DNA of 64,000 bases from Mobula hypostoma (taxonomy: Eukaryota), in the NCBI RefSeq assembly GCF_963921235.1, contig NC_086097.1, positions 186,064,001-186,128,000 on the forward strand, in the 5' to 3' direction. A model generated the notes under the pieces. It was not told where the DNA came from. It saw nothing but the letters and a program-made list of their open reading frames with translations, and searched no databases. Below are positions 12,901-25,318 of this stretch, piece after piece. A program made the position numbers and the translations under genes. How positions within the stretch are numbered: the first letter of the stretch is position 1; every line of letters starts with the position of its first letter.

Positions 12901-15351
12901 TAATCCTGATATTGGTTAAATAGTAAAAAATAATTGGGGGAGCCAGAAAAATTTGTAATGAACCTAAAACTGTGGTGTTCATACGAAGTCATGGGCATCT
13001 TGGGCAAATAGGATGACTCTTTCGTGTGCTTTTTTGAACGTACAGATAAATAACTCACTTAATCTTGATTTGTTGATGTATTGATTATATTATTGTCAAT
13101 AAAATAGTGTTATTGACATCTTGGATTCAGCAGGATTCATTCTAACCTATTGAAAACGTGAGAAATACAACAGCTCAATCGTGACACTGGTCCAAAGTAT
13201 TTTTGGATTCTAGATCCAAGGCCGTTGGGAAATACTTGACAGAAGTAAATGTTTCACTATGTGGAGATTGTTGATAGTAAAGCAAGAAGAAGGCACTTTC
13301 CAGAGTTTTCAATGAAAACTTTTCCAGTATTCTGCTGTAGTTGTTAGCTTTATGAGTAATTAAGAAAGACAGTACATAGGTTTCTCCACCTAAAGGACTG
13401 AATAAGTGCTGATGAGTCTGATAGCTTTCATCACCAGTCATTTATATAAACAAAAAAAAACACAACATTAAACTTTGCCTCTTGTGCTGCTGTATATTTT
13501 TCTCTTCACTGTCTAAATGGTTATCTGACAGAGTTAATCACATGCTCCTTATGGAACCTACAAGATTTCTATTCCATTGGTTTCCACATAGTGATAGATG
13601 CAGACAACATGTCCCAAATGTTCCTATGTCTCTATTTGTTGGTCATTCATGAAGTGTTTTTTTCTCATCTAAATCACACAATGTGATCAGACCCTAAAGG
13701 AATACTTGTCTTCTCCACTTTATAAAATGCAATTTAAGGTGAGCAACAATCAAGAATGAAGAAGAATGGTACCGGCAACAAAAGATTATTGATAAAGTTA
13801 ATGAAGCTCAATGCCCATCCACTCTTACGCCTTCTACCTTGAACTCTCCAGCAAAAGGAGCCAGATCCTCCATTTCTACAAAGACTCTTCCAGCGAGATA
13901 TTCACAGACCACTAGAGAAAAACCATCAGTAGGTTAAAACAATTTTTTCTATGTGTGGACAAACAATATGTAGGAACACACTTAGACTCAATGAAACTTT
14001 TTATCATTCTGCTAATGATTGAGTAACATCAAAGTATCAGTACTAGCAGAGTGCACCATTTCAGTTAAAAAGAATGTGCATTGTGGCAAGTTATAAAATT
14101 TGTATTAGTCATTGAAATTAAGTCTAATGTGTACAATAAAGATTCAAAATATGGCATGCAGTGATTCTGGCAAATGAGGTTGTTTACTTGAATTCCTAAA
14201 TCAGGTTCACCCCAGGTTAAGGGAGAGTATTATTGGGACGTGTATATAAAGACATGTAAAGAATTAAGGGCTTCTGTTAGAAGATGGATTGGAGGTATTC
14301 TTTATTTCATAATTATGTGGAATATTGTTTTTCTTTTTTTTGTAATTTATTTTTTATTGAATTTCATCATCAAACAAACATTTCCATAAGATGTATTTCA
14401 GATACTGTACATATATATCATATAATCATATTTGTCACGAATCTCCACATAATATTTATCTGAGGTATACACTTACAGAAAGGAGAGGAAAGAAAGAACA
14501 ATCGAAAGAAGAAAACTATGTACAGAGTAGGGAGTGATCTTTTTTATACAACACATTCATTGACTTGTGAGATAAGAAACAGATGAATCAACTTAATCCA
14601 TTGTGCATATGCTCCATAAAAATATCAACCTCCTGTTATTCTTCTATTATTTTTGGTGGTTTTGCTTTTGGTAGCTTGGTATCTGGAAAACTTTTTTCAG
14701 ACTAACCTACAAGTTCAACGTGATCCTGTTCAGGTATTCCTGCAATGTAGTAAATCAAACGGTTTGTGAATCTGGTTATATGCTTAGTTTTTATTCTTGG
14801 AAATTTGTCTGAATTGGTTTATTTCTTTACCCCAGTAACCTCTCTTATTTACCTTCAGTTCAGACAAAAGCTGAAATGTTAGTTGTGTTTCCACTAAACA
14901 TTAAGCCATCATGATATACTGAAGTAAGTGATGGCCAATATTGAAAGCAGCTACACACTCCATTCTCTCCACATAATGCATTAGATATTATGGAGTATGA
15001 ATCATCTCATCACTCTAAAACTGTGATACAGTCTGCACAACAATGGATAAACTTACTTTCCATGTATCGTTATTTAACCAGAAGCCAAAAAATACAAATG
15101 CTGTAAATAAGAAAGTAAAAAACAGAAAATGCTGAAATGTTTAACAATAGTAGAGAGAGAAAAAATTAACGTTTTGGGTTGATCTTCCATCAGAAAAGAT
15201 TTTTGTTATATTTATTAATTTGTGGTAGGGGATTATTTCATTATTTCAATGTTTATTTCTGAACTTCAATTTGTTTTATGATGAATTTAAAATAATTAGT
15301 AATCAAATCCAATAGAAATTAACTAAACTCATGTCTCTTTTCTCTTTTCAA

Positions 15352-15739
15352 GGTGGCTGGGGTCCTGCTGTAGTCACAGATCAACAGCTGCAGCTCAAAC
15401 TACGGTTCTTCACGGACAGTGGATTCTCACTCTCAAGACTCGTCGAGCGGCCTAGCGTTTGATATCTCCAGGTGTGGTCCTGTGGCCAACCCAATTCCTC
15501 GCCGATGTCACTGACCGAAGCGTCGTGGGAGATTGAAATATCAAGATAGCAAGGTGGTGTACGCTACTGTCGGAGGAAGCCCCCTGCTCTCGAGTGATCT
15601 CTCTTGATGGTGAGCGAGATTCTGTTGGTCCTCAAGTTGAAGAACTTGGACAAGCAACATGACAGTTTGCAACATCGAAACAGCAAGATGTTGGTCTCCC
15701 CTATCATTGTTGCAAGAGTGATATCTCTCTCTCCCTCTC

Positions 15740-15782
<43 letters not shown>

Positions 15783-16080
15783 TGCCTGATATATCAAAGT
15801 GTTGGGATGGACAGTAGTTTTTGATGGATTCTAGATCATGCTCTCTGGGAGCTTTGGTGGTGGGGGTTAATGCTTTTGCTGGAGCAGGTGGGGGGAGGAG
15901 GGAAGTTGATGCTCCTGCTGCTTGTCCATGGGAGGGGGAGGGTGGCTTTGTGGTTCTAACATTTTCTGTCATTCATTTTTTGGTGTTTTTTTTTGTTTTG
16001 TGCATGTCTGTGAATAGTAAGAATTTAAGGTTGTATACTGTATACATTCTCGGATATTAAATTGAACCATTAAATTAAAC
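15352..16080 (+). mobile_element. Non-coding element with a Rex1-like 3' tail and an internal (AG)20 microsatellite at 15741-15780
   Basis: The 3' end GAATTTAAGGTTGTATACTGTATACATTCTCGGATATTAAATTGAACC resembles the reverse complement of the Rex1-like tail at 48885-48955. No coding motifs. Confidence 0.55.
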
Positions 16081-16099
16081 ATGGGAAGAAGAAGAAGGT

Positions 16100-17450
16100 T
16101 CTTCTTGACCCTCTTCACTGCCAACACATCTTTTCTTAGATAATGGGCCCAAAACTGCTCACAACACTCCATGTGTGGGCTGACCAATGTCTCAGCATTA
16201 CGTCCTTGCCCTGATATTCTAGTTCTCTTAAAATGAACAATAACATTGGATTTGCTTTCTTTACTGTCGACTTGACCTGCAAATTGTCCTTTAGGGAACG
16301 CTGCATAAGGACTGTCAAGTCCCTTTGCAACTTGGATTTTTGATTTTTCTCCTGATTTAGAAAATAGTCTCTGCATTTATCCCTAAACAAGAGAAAATTT
16401 GCAGATGCTGGAAATCCGAACAACACACACAAAATGCTGGAGGAACTCAGCAGGCCAGGCAACATCTAGGAAAAGAGTACAGTTGACGTTTCGGATCAAA
16501 ACCCTTCAGCAGGACTGGAGAAAAAAGCTAGGGAGTAGATTTAAAAGGTGGAGGGAGAGAGAAACACAAGGTGATAGGAGAAACCTGGAGGGGGAGGGAT
16601 GAAGTAAAGAGCTGGGAAGTTGATTGATGAAGAGACAGAAGGCCATGGAAGAAAGAAAAGGGGGGAGGAGCACCAGAGGGAAGCAATGGGCGGGCAAGTT
16701 GATAAGGTGAGAGAGGGAAAAGGGGATGGGGAATAGTGAAGGAGGGGTGGTGGGGGGCATTACCAGAAGTTTGAGAAATCGATGTTCATGCCATCAGATT
16801 GGAGACTACCCAAATGGAATATAAGGTGTTGTTCCTCCAGCGTAAGTGTGGCCTCATCATGACAGTGCAGGAGGGCAGGATAGACATATCGGAATGGGAA
16901 TGGGAAGTGGAATTAAAATAGGTGGCCTCTGGGAGATCCCACTTTTTCTGGCGGATGGCGCATAGGTGCTCAGCGAAGCACTCTCCCAGTCTACATTGGG
17001 TCTCACCGATGTACAGGAGGCTACACTGGGAGTACCAACCACAGTAAATGACCCCAACAGACTCACAGGGGAAGTGTTGCCTCACCTGGAAGGACTGTTT
17101 AGGGCCCTGGACAGTGGTGAGGGAGAGGTGTAGGGGCAGGTGTAGCACTTATTCCACTTGTAAGGATAAGTGCCAGGAGAGAGATCAATAGGGAGGGACG
17201 AATGGACAAGGGAGTTGCATAGGGAGCGATGTCTTTCTAGCGGAAAGCAAAAAGTGGGGGTGGGGAGGGGAAGATATGCTTTGTGGTGGGATGCCATTGG
17301 AGGCAGCAGAAGTTTTGGAGAATTATATGCTGGATGCAGAGGCCGGTAGGGTGGTAGGTGAGGACAACACTACTTGCCCCTCTACTGATCTTTGTACCAT
17401 CTGCAAACATGGCCATAGGTCTTTAATTCCATTATCCAAATCATTGACAC
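16100..17450 (-). mobile_element. CR1 RT fragments (16100-16385 and 17363-17450) flanking the Penelope element
   Basis: Motifs LVSPHMECCEQFWAHYLRKDVLAVKRV and NDLDNGIKD. Confidence 0.75.
16386..17362 (-). mobile_element. Penelope-like element (PLE): GIY-YIG endonuclease region and 3' pseudo-LTR
   Basis: ORF 16786-17148 QGPKQSFQVRQHFPCESVGVIYCGWYSQCSLLYIGETQCRLGECFAEHL is a GIY-YIG motif with the PLE Cys insertion. The tail carries a hammerhead-like motif at 16480-16517. Confidence 0.9.
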
Positions 17451-19289
17451 ATATAGATAACCTGCAAAGCTTTATATAAACAACAAAGAATGCATAATCA
17501 AACAATATATTTACAATTTTTCAAAATTACTCATATATTACTGAAATATTAAAAACATATATCCTGTTTAGCATTAAACTCCAACTCAATGTAGAATGCA
17601 TCTCAACTATATACACAGATATTAATACAACTATTATAGAGATCTCCACAGCATAGTAAATTTTAAATAGTCCTATTCAGGCTAAAAAATTCAATTGCTT
17701 TCATACTATTGTGGAATAATGTCTTTCCTGACAAGGGGGATAACTCTGCTTGGCAGGTAAGACTTGTGGCTGTGAAACAATCTCAGGTTCTGGGGTTTCC
17801 TCCATGGTGGTTATTGGAGTTGACTCTGGGATTGCAGGAAGTGGTTCTGACAGCTCTGGACACCTTTCCTCTGGATGTGTTGGCATTCTGAACAGTGCAT
17901 GGCAAGCTTCACTGTTTGACATGGTCGTAATGTGTGAGCACAGTGTCTGATGTCATCATTTCCTTTGTCTTTTGGAAAGCCACCTCACTGGGCTTTGTCC
18001 ATTGCCATTTCTTCCCGATATGTAGTAATGCTTTCAAGGACTGGACCACAGTAGCTAGGTTTGGTGGGAACCTGTTATAGTTCTTGACAAATTCTAAACA
18101 AAAGTTGCAATTGTAACACATCCTTTGGCCTTGGGGCTTCCATCACTGCTTGAATTTTCAGATGAATTGTGTAATTCCTTGCATTGATGGTGTGACTACA
18201 GTAAGTGATGCTTAGTTTAAAGAATCCACAAAGTCATGCTCTGAGCCCATAGTCTTCTAATCTTTGTAATACTGTCTTGAGATTTTCCTTGTCATCCTCA
18301 CTGGTAACACTGCGTACCTGGGCAGCCTCGCAACACCTGGTCCACAGCTTTCTTCCAGAGTGCAGATGCAGAAGCTGCTCCAAAAATAAGCCTATTATCA
18401 TGATAAAGCCCTTTGTGAGCATTTATAGTGAGAAACACTTTGGATTTTTCTTCCATCTCCATTTGTAGGTAGGCCTCAGCTAAGGCCACTTTGCTGAAGT
18501 GTTTTCTTCCAGAAAGGTTTGCAAAGTTATCCTCTATTCTGGGTAGATGGTATTGATCTACTTTTAGTACTGTGCTGATGGTGACCTTAAAATCACCACA
18601 GATCCTGACAGACCCATTCTTCTTGGCTACTGGGAAGACTAGTGTTGCCCACGAGCTCCACTCGACCTTACTTCAGCCTCCATGTGACCGAGCTGGTAAC
18701 TTTACCACTGACGGTGTAAAGAACCAGATGGGCTTTTCAAAACTTTGATGTGACATTGTCACTTAACACTAGTTTACCCTTGATGTTTGAGTTTTCCATT
18801 GCCATCCTTGAACACTGCTGGGGCCTCATCCAGTACCTTTCTTAATTCGCTTTTAGTTGTCTTTATTGCCAGGGATGTGGAATGTAAATGGTGATGGACC
18901 TCCAATCAAGTTATAGTTATCTCAGCTAATCACGTTCCCACAATGCTGGCCCATTAGTTTTTACCACATACAAGCCCAATATGGTTTGTTGATTGTTGCA
19001 TTTCTCTGTTGCAAATGTCATTGCCACAGGAGTTATCTTTTCTCCAGTATGTTTCTTAGTTGGATATCTGCAAATTTCAGTTCAATATCTTTGTATTTCC
19101 AGTTTAAGATGTCACTGGTAAGGCTCAGTAACTCCTTGTCAGTAGCAATCAAAACAAAGAAAACAATTAAATACTTTATTAATCCTACTTTTCCTGGTAA
19201 ACGATCACTGCAAACATTAGTCTGTAATTTCCCTGTCGGACTTCATCTTTTGTACTGCTTTTATGACCAGGCATTTTTGTGGTGTGAAC

Positions 19290-20040
19290 TGAAGTCTTAG
19301 AGGAGTAGGATGGTTGAGGTGTGGCGTCAATAGGCTGAATCGAGGCAGCTTGGCCCGAATATGAGAACGAGGAATGAGCTAATATGTGGCCATTGTGGAT
19401 TTAGAGGCGATTTGACGCAACACAACTGAGGCAAGGCGAGTGGAGGAGGGGCTGAGTCGTGGCAGAGCCCAGGCCCGAGAGTGAGGAAAGGCCCAAGGTT
19501 TGACTGATTTAACTGCCAGGCCGAATTGGAAAGGTTGGGTATGGGCCAAATCGAGGTGACAGGGATCAGGCCCATGTGCATATTGAGGAGCCAGGGCCCG
19601 AGTCTGAGAGTGAGGAACGACCTGAGTTTTGGATGATTTAATTGCCAGGCCAGATTGAAAAGAACAGTGTGTCAGGGCTGGAGGCAAGGAACAGATGAAT
19701 TCAGCTCGCTGCTTTGCAAGGTTTACTTGTCTTTATGCTGAACTGAGGCTGTGGCCTGCAACTAATGGGCTCCTGAATCATCTGCTGTGATGTTTGGCTT
19801 CATGTCTTACTTTCAGCTCACTGTGGACCCATTTTCACGAACTTCAGTTCTGAATGCTCTCTGCTTACTTTTATTGTTCGCACTATTTGTTTTTTTTCTC
19901 TGTACGTTGGGCATTTGTTTTTTTTAAATGGGTTCTATTGGGTTTCTTTGTTTTGTGGATGGCTGTCTATAAGGAGATGAATCTCAAGGTTGTGTGAAGC
20001 ATACATATTTTGACAAGAAATGTAACTTGAACTTTGAATT
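19290..20040 (+). mobile_element. Non-coding element with a Rex1-like 3' tail and an internal direct repeat of about 120 bp, nested in the Gypsy remnant
   Basis: Tail ATGAATCTCAAGGTTGTGTGAAGCATACATATTTTGAC...CTTGAACTTTGAA. Repeat units GGCCCGAG...GAGTGAGGAA...GATTTAA.TGCCAGGCC at about 19470 and 19595. Confidence 0.55.
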
Positions 20041-20277
20041 TTAATATTTTGCTCAAACTCATTTTGTGGAATGACTGAAACAGCCGTGCCTGTGTCTCAC
20101 TAAATTTTAATTGATTTACTATCCACTACTGGTGTAAGCCATATTGCTTGTCTACTGTTAGTCTTCACATTTCAGATCTCAAGGCTAATTCTCATCTTAA
20201 TCAGATTTTTCATCAACAGCATGCAAATTAGTGTTCTTTTTGAAATTGTAATTTGAATTTATTTCTTCCCCGTGTAG

Positions 20278-20974
20278 TGTAAGGTGGTTTCGACTTTTAT
20301 GTTACTGCGGAGGCTAATTAAAATGGCGTCTTTGTTATGTTAATCTGGGGAATGCGGCTTTGTTGTGTTAAACACTGAGAAAGTTTGCGCTAGCAGTTTG
20401 TTTTCGCTTTAGAGTGTGATAAGAGAGTGCTATTAACCAATTGGGATAGTTGTTATGGTTTTGGTGTATTTGAAGATACTGTATGCGCGGGGTTTTGGGG
20501 GAGAAGGAGGGAGAGTGAGACAGGGGATGGACCAGGTGCTGTGAGTCCGCTAACGGGGTTGGACCCCGAGCGGGACGCTCGGCGAGGAGACGGAGATGGA
20601 CCCGTGTGGAGCGTCTGGTCGACCACCGTTGTTGGTCCCAGGCGGCCGGTCGAGGTGGTCCGAGGGGGTCGCAGGGTGAAGAAGAAGGTCCTTGAGCTCC
20701 AACGGTTTTTGTGCACGAAGAGATTGAACTTTGATAAGTGTGGCGCCTTTTATTTTCCTTTTATATTTTATTCTCTTTTAATTATATAGTTCCAGTAATA
20801 TCTATAAACTGTAAATCATTTAATTGCATCTGGTGTATTGTCTGTTACTTGGGCGGGGTGGGGTACCTCACACAGCATCCACACAAACGAATTACCCAGT
20901 TTGCCGGGGCCGAGGCTGTTTCCCTAGATGACAGCGAGCCGAGCAACCCTGAGGGTGGCCGGGGGGGGGCTACA
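20278..20974. mobile_element. Solo LTR (family B) inside the Gypsy gag region
   Basis: Termini TGTAAGG...GGCTACA, CpG-rich. Shares TGAGCTCCAAC...CACGAAGA.ATTGAACTTTGATAAGT.TGGCGCCTTTT with 47957-48541. The left boundary could alternatively be 20273. Confidence 0.8.
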
Positions 20975-22113
20975 CCCATGCAGTCCATTTATTTTTATCT
21001 GCCTGACATGCTCTTTGTATGTGTCCTACTTTGTTGCACCAACTGTAAATTTCATCTTTAAACCTGCATTGGTCTGCTCTATGTGAGCCCCTGGCACAAT
21101 GGTAACACAGTTGTTCTGCAATTTTGTTTATGTTCACTTTAATTCCTGACTGTAACTAAATTTCATCTCTGTTTGTTGTTTCCATTGATACTGCAATTTC
21201 AACTGCTTTTTTTAATGTATGTTGTGCTTCAGTTAGAAGCCATTTTTAAAGGCTTTCTTGTAAGACCACAAACTAAACAATTTCTCAGAGCATCATTAAA
21301 CTGATCATTGAACTGACAATGCTCAGACAATCTCTTCAATTTGGCCACGTAAGCTGAAATGGATTCCCCTTCCTTTTGATTCTGCTTATGAAACCTAAAG
21401 CATGCTTCAATCAACAATGGTTTCAGTTCTAAATGTTCCTTCATTACTTTCATGATATCAGCAAAGTTCATTTTGGTTGGTTTGGTTGGAGTAGTTAAAT
21501 TTCTAAGCTACCTGTATGCCTTTAAAATTGGTACTTGTTTCTCATTGGCTATCCATTTGCTTTAAAATACTGCTCAATTAGCTTAGTATACATATTCCAA
21601 TTATCTCTTGTGCAATGGAAATCATCCATCTGTCTGATGTAGCCTGCCATTTCTGCTCTTTTTTATGATTATCATCATCTGATACTCAATCTTTATGAAC
21701 CCATGAATCTGTCTGTTTTCTGCCTTTTTACTTAAAGTCTTTTGTATCTGTCCCTTCTGAAGAAGCATGTGCTGCACTGATTTTTTTTTATTTGTTCATT
21801 TCTTCCTTGTCCTTTTAAAAACTTGAATATCTCACCTGCTTCAACAGGTAGGTAGTCATCCTGGGTTCATTTTAAATTTTGAAACTCCACAACATTAAAC
21901 TAATTAAAAGGATAAGTCAGGAGTCTTAAATATGAGTCTATCTTTGTGTTCACTTGAAGTGAGACACGCGTGTATCACGTGGGGGTGTGATGACATTTGC
22001 CATTTATGTACCTTTACAGATAACCCATAATGTACTATGTAAAAAAGGATGCTTAATCAAACAACGCGTTTTCAATATTCTTCAAATATTACTAAAATAT
22101 TAAAAGCACAACA

Positions 22114-23100
22114 ATTTCTTCATGGAATTCCAATAGATTTGTCAGGCAAGATTTCCCTTTAAGAAACCAGTTCTGACTTTAGCCCATTTTATCATGTGTC
22201 CCACAAATTTTTGCTGTATTATATGGCCTCTCTTTGCTTTTATGCTGTTTCTGAATTCTCTTGTCAGCCATGGTTGCCTCATCCTCCTTTTAGAGTACTT
22301 CTTCATCTTTAGGATGTATCTATCTTGCACCTTCCAAATTGTCCCCAGAAATTCCTTTCATTGCTGTTCTGCTAAATTCCCTGCTGGTTTCCCCTTACAA
22401 TCAACTTTAGCCAGCTCCTCTCGCATGCCTCTCTAATTCCCTTTTCTCCACTTTAACACTGATACATCTGACTTTAGCTTCTCCCTCTCAAACTGCATGG
22501 TGAATTCTATCATATTATGTTCACTGTTTCATAGGTGTTCGATTGCATTAAGCTGCCTAATCCAATTTGGCTTATTACACAACGTCTAATCTAGAATTTA
22601 GTGGGATCTATCACAAGCTGCTTTAAAAAGCCATCTTGTAGGCATTCTACAAATTCCCCCTCTTGGAAACAAACCTAATTTTCCCAATCTACCTGCATAT
22701 TGAAATCTCACATGACTATCGTAACATGTCCCTTTTTGTGTGCCTTTTCTGTCTCCCATTGTAATTTGTATCCTACATCCTGGCTACTATTTGGAGGCTT
22801 GTATACAATTCCTATCAGAGTATTTTTACACTTGCAGTTTCTTAACTCTACCCACAAGGACTCTACATCTTCCGATCCTATGTCACCTCTTTCTTAGAAT
22901 TTGATATTATTTCTTACCAACAGAGCCACCCACCTCACCATCTCTACCTACCTGCCTGCCCCTTTGATACAAGGTGTATCCTTGGGTGTTAAGCATCCAA
23001 CTATGACCTTCTTTCAGCCATGACTCAGTGATGCCCACAACATCGTACCTGCCAGTATCTAGTTACGTTCAAGATCATCTACCTTATATCTTATCCTTCC
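22114..23100 (-). mobile_element. CR1 ORF2 fragment (endonuclease to linker)
   Basis: QDRYILKMKKYSKRRMRQPWLTREFRNSIKAK. Colinear with 1960-2710. Confidence 0.85.
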
Positions 23101-23544
23101 TGCTTGTTTACAGTTTAACACTAATGCACAGTTGTCCTTTATTTGTGCACCCTATTAAAGGAGTAAATTAAACTGTCAGCACCGATCAATGAAAAAGTCA
23201 CATTTAGCCTAATGTCAACTGTTGTATTCAAACTCCAATAGCCTACATTGTAATTTAGGAGAATTCCTCTATTTCGATAGAAGATTGGGTTCAGAAACAT
23301 AAATTAGAAAGTACACAACAATTTCACTGTTTAACTTTAGCAGGCTATTTTAAAACCAATTTAATGTTGCTGCAGTATTTCTACTTGAAAACGCTACAAG
23401 AAAGTGACCTTCAGATAATGCTTTAAACAAAAAATTCTCCAACCTCTGTCAAATTTTCAGAGTAATATTTTACCGCATGGTAAGGCATGTAGCTCCTGAT
23501 TTCTACAGTAATTATTGTTTGTAAGAAAACTTTCATCACGTTAC

Positions 23545-25318
23545 TGTGAACTGGATGACAGAAGTGAAGGTAGGACTGATTAGAGATAAAGGAGGGAAGA
23601 TGTGCCTGGAGGCTGTGGAAGTGAGCGAGGTCCTCAATGAATACTTCTCTTGGTATTCACCAATGAGAGGGAACTTGATGATGGCGAGGACAATAGGAGT
23701 GAGACTGAAACATGTTGGTATTAAGGGAGAGGAGGTGTTGGAGTTGTTAAAATACATTAGGATGGATAAGTTCCTGGGGCCTGATGGAATATTCCCCAGG
23801 CTGCTCCAGGAGGCGAGGGAAGAGATTGCTGAGCCTCTGGCTAGGATCTTTATGTCCTCGTTGTCCACGGGAATAGTACCGGAGAATTGGAGGGAGGTGA
23901 ATGTTGTCCCCTTGTTCAAAAAAGGTAGTAGGGATAGTCCAGGTAATTATAGACCAGTGAGCCTTACATCTGTGGTGGGAAGGCTGTTGGAAAAGATTCT
24001 TAGAGATAGGATCTATGGGCATTTAGAGAATCATAGTCTGATCAGGGACATGGCTTTGTGAAGGGCAGATCATGTCTAACAAGCCTGATAGAGTTCTTTG
24101 AGGAGGTGACCAGGCATCTACATGAGGGTAGTGCAGTGGATGTGATCTATATGGATTTTAGTAAGGTAGTTGACAAGGTTCCACACGGTAGGCTTATTCA
24201 GAAAGTCAGAAGGCATGGGATCCAGGGAAGTTTGGCCAGGTGGATTCAGAATTGGCTTGCCTGCAGAAGGCAGAGAGTCATAGTGGAGGGAGTACATTCA
24301 GATTGGAGGATTGTGACTAGTCGTGTCCCACAAGGATCTGTTCTGGGACTTCTACTTTCCGTGATTTTTATTAATGACCTGGATGTTGGGGTAGAATGGT
24401 GGGTTGGCAAGTTTGCAGATAACACAAAGGTTGGTGGTGTTGTAGGTAGTGTAGAGGATTGTCGAAGATTGCAGAGAGACATTGATAGGATGCAGAAGTG
24501 GGCTGAGAAGTGGCAGATGGAGTTCAACCCAGAGAAGTGTAAGGTGATACACTTTGGAAGGACAAACTCCGAGGCAGAGTACAAAGTAAATGGCAGGATA
24601 CTTGGTAGTGTGGAGGAGCAGAGGGATCTGGGGGTACATGTCCACAGATCCCTGAAAGTTGCATCACAGGTGGATAGGCTAGTTAAGAAAACTTATGGGG
24701 TGTTAGCTTTCATAAGTCGAGGGATAGAGTTTAAGAGTCGCGATGTAATGATGCAGCTCTATAAAACTCTGGTTCGGCCACACTTGGAGTACTGTGTCCA
24801 GTTCTGGTCACCTCACTATAGGAAGGATGTGGAAGCATTGGAAAGGGTACAGAGGAAATTTACCAGGGTGCTGCCTGGTTTAGAGAGTATGCATTATGAT
24901 CAGAGATTAAGGGAACTAGGGCTTAACTCTTTGAAGAGAAGGAGGGTGATAGGAGACATGATAGAGGTGTACAAGGTAATAAGAGGAATAGATAGAGTGG
25001 ATAGCTAGTGCCTCTTCCCCAGGGCACCACTGCTCAATACAAGAGGACATGGCTTTGAGGTAAGGGGTGGGAAGTTCAAGGGTGATATTAGAGGAAGGTT
25101 TTTTACTCAAGAGAGTGGTTGGTGGGTGGAATGCCCTGCCTGAGTCAGTGGTGGAGGCAGATACATTAGTGAAGTTTAAGAGGCTACTGGACAGGTATAT
25201 GGAGGAATTTAAGGTGGGGGGTTATATGAGAGGTAGGGTTTGAGGGTCGGCACAACGTTGTTGGCCGAAGGGCCTGTAATGTGCTGTACTATTCTATGTT
25301 CTATGTTCTATGTTCTAA
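23545..25318 (+). mobile_element. CR1 LINE, 5'-truncated, second subfamily with a (CTATGTT)n tail
   Basis: ORFs 23546-24061 (VVPLFKKGSRDSPGNYRPVSLTSVVG) and 24058-25008 (VPQGSVLG...KFADNTK...LYKTLVRPHLEYCVQFW). One frameshift between them and a premature stop. Tail repeats at 25292-25318. Confidence 0.93.

Larger units (their letters stand above)
17450..22113 (-). mobile_element. Decayed Gypsy provirus (Mag-like) with remnants of both LTRs
   Basis: gag-like KPLLIEACFRFHKQNQKEGESISAYVAKLKRLSEHCQF (21229-21471). RT-like LAEAYLQMEMEEKSKVFLTINAHKGLY...FGAASA (18298-18489). KWQWTKPSEVAFQKTK...VLTHYD (17909-18121). Matching LTR segments at about 17485-17556 and 22045-22113 (TAATCAAACAA...ATATTACT.AAATATTAAAA). 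Confidence 0.85.

Noticed and set aside
13745..13937. Stop-free frame ATIKNEEEWYRQQKIIDKVNEAQ...KPSVG as a coding exon
   Set aside because: It is preceded by an in-frame TGA, has no convincing acceptor and no recognisable homology. The AAG|GTGAGC just upstream looks more like a donor.
14330..14575. Possible L1-like 3' end on the minus strand (T-run plus TTTATT)
   Set aside because: No coding remnant, TSD or second copy in the window to support a family call.
15564..15972. ORFs with SLSLSL or ERERER runs
   Set aside because: They are translations of the (AG)n microsatellite, as at 5096-5119.
24058..25008. Longest ORF (316 aa) as a host or domesticated RT gene
   Set aside because: It is a 5'-truncated CR1 ORF2 fragment with an upstream frameshift, a premature stop, FADN in place of FADD and a typical CR1 tail.
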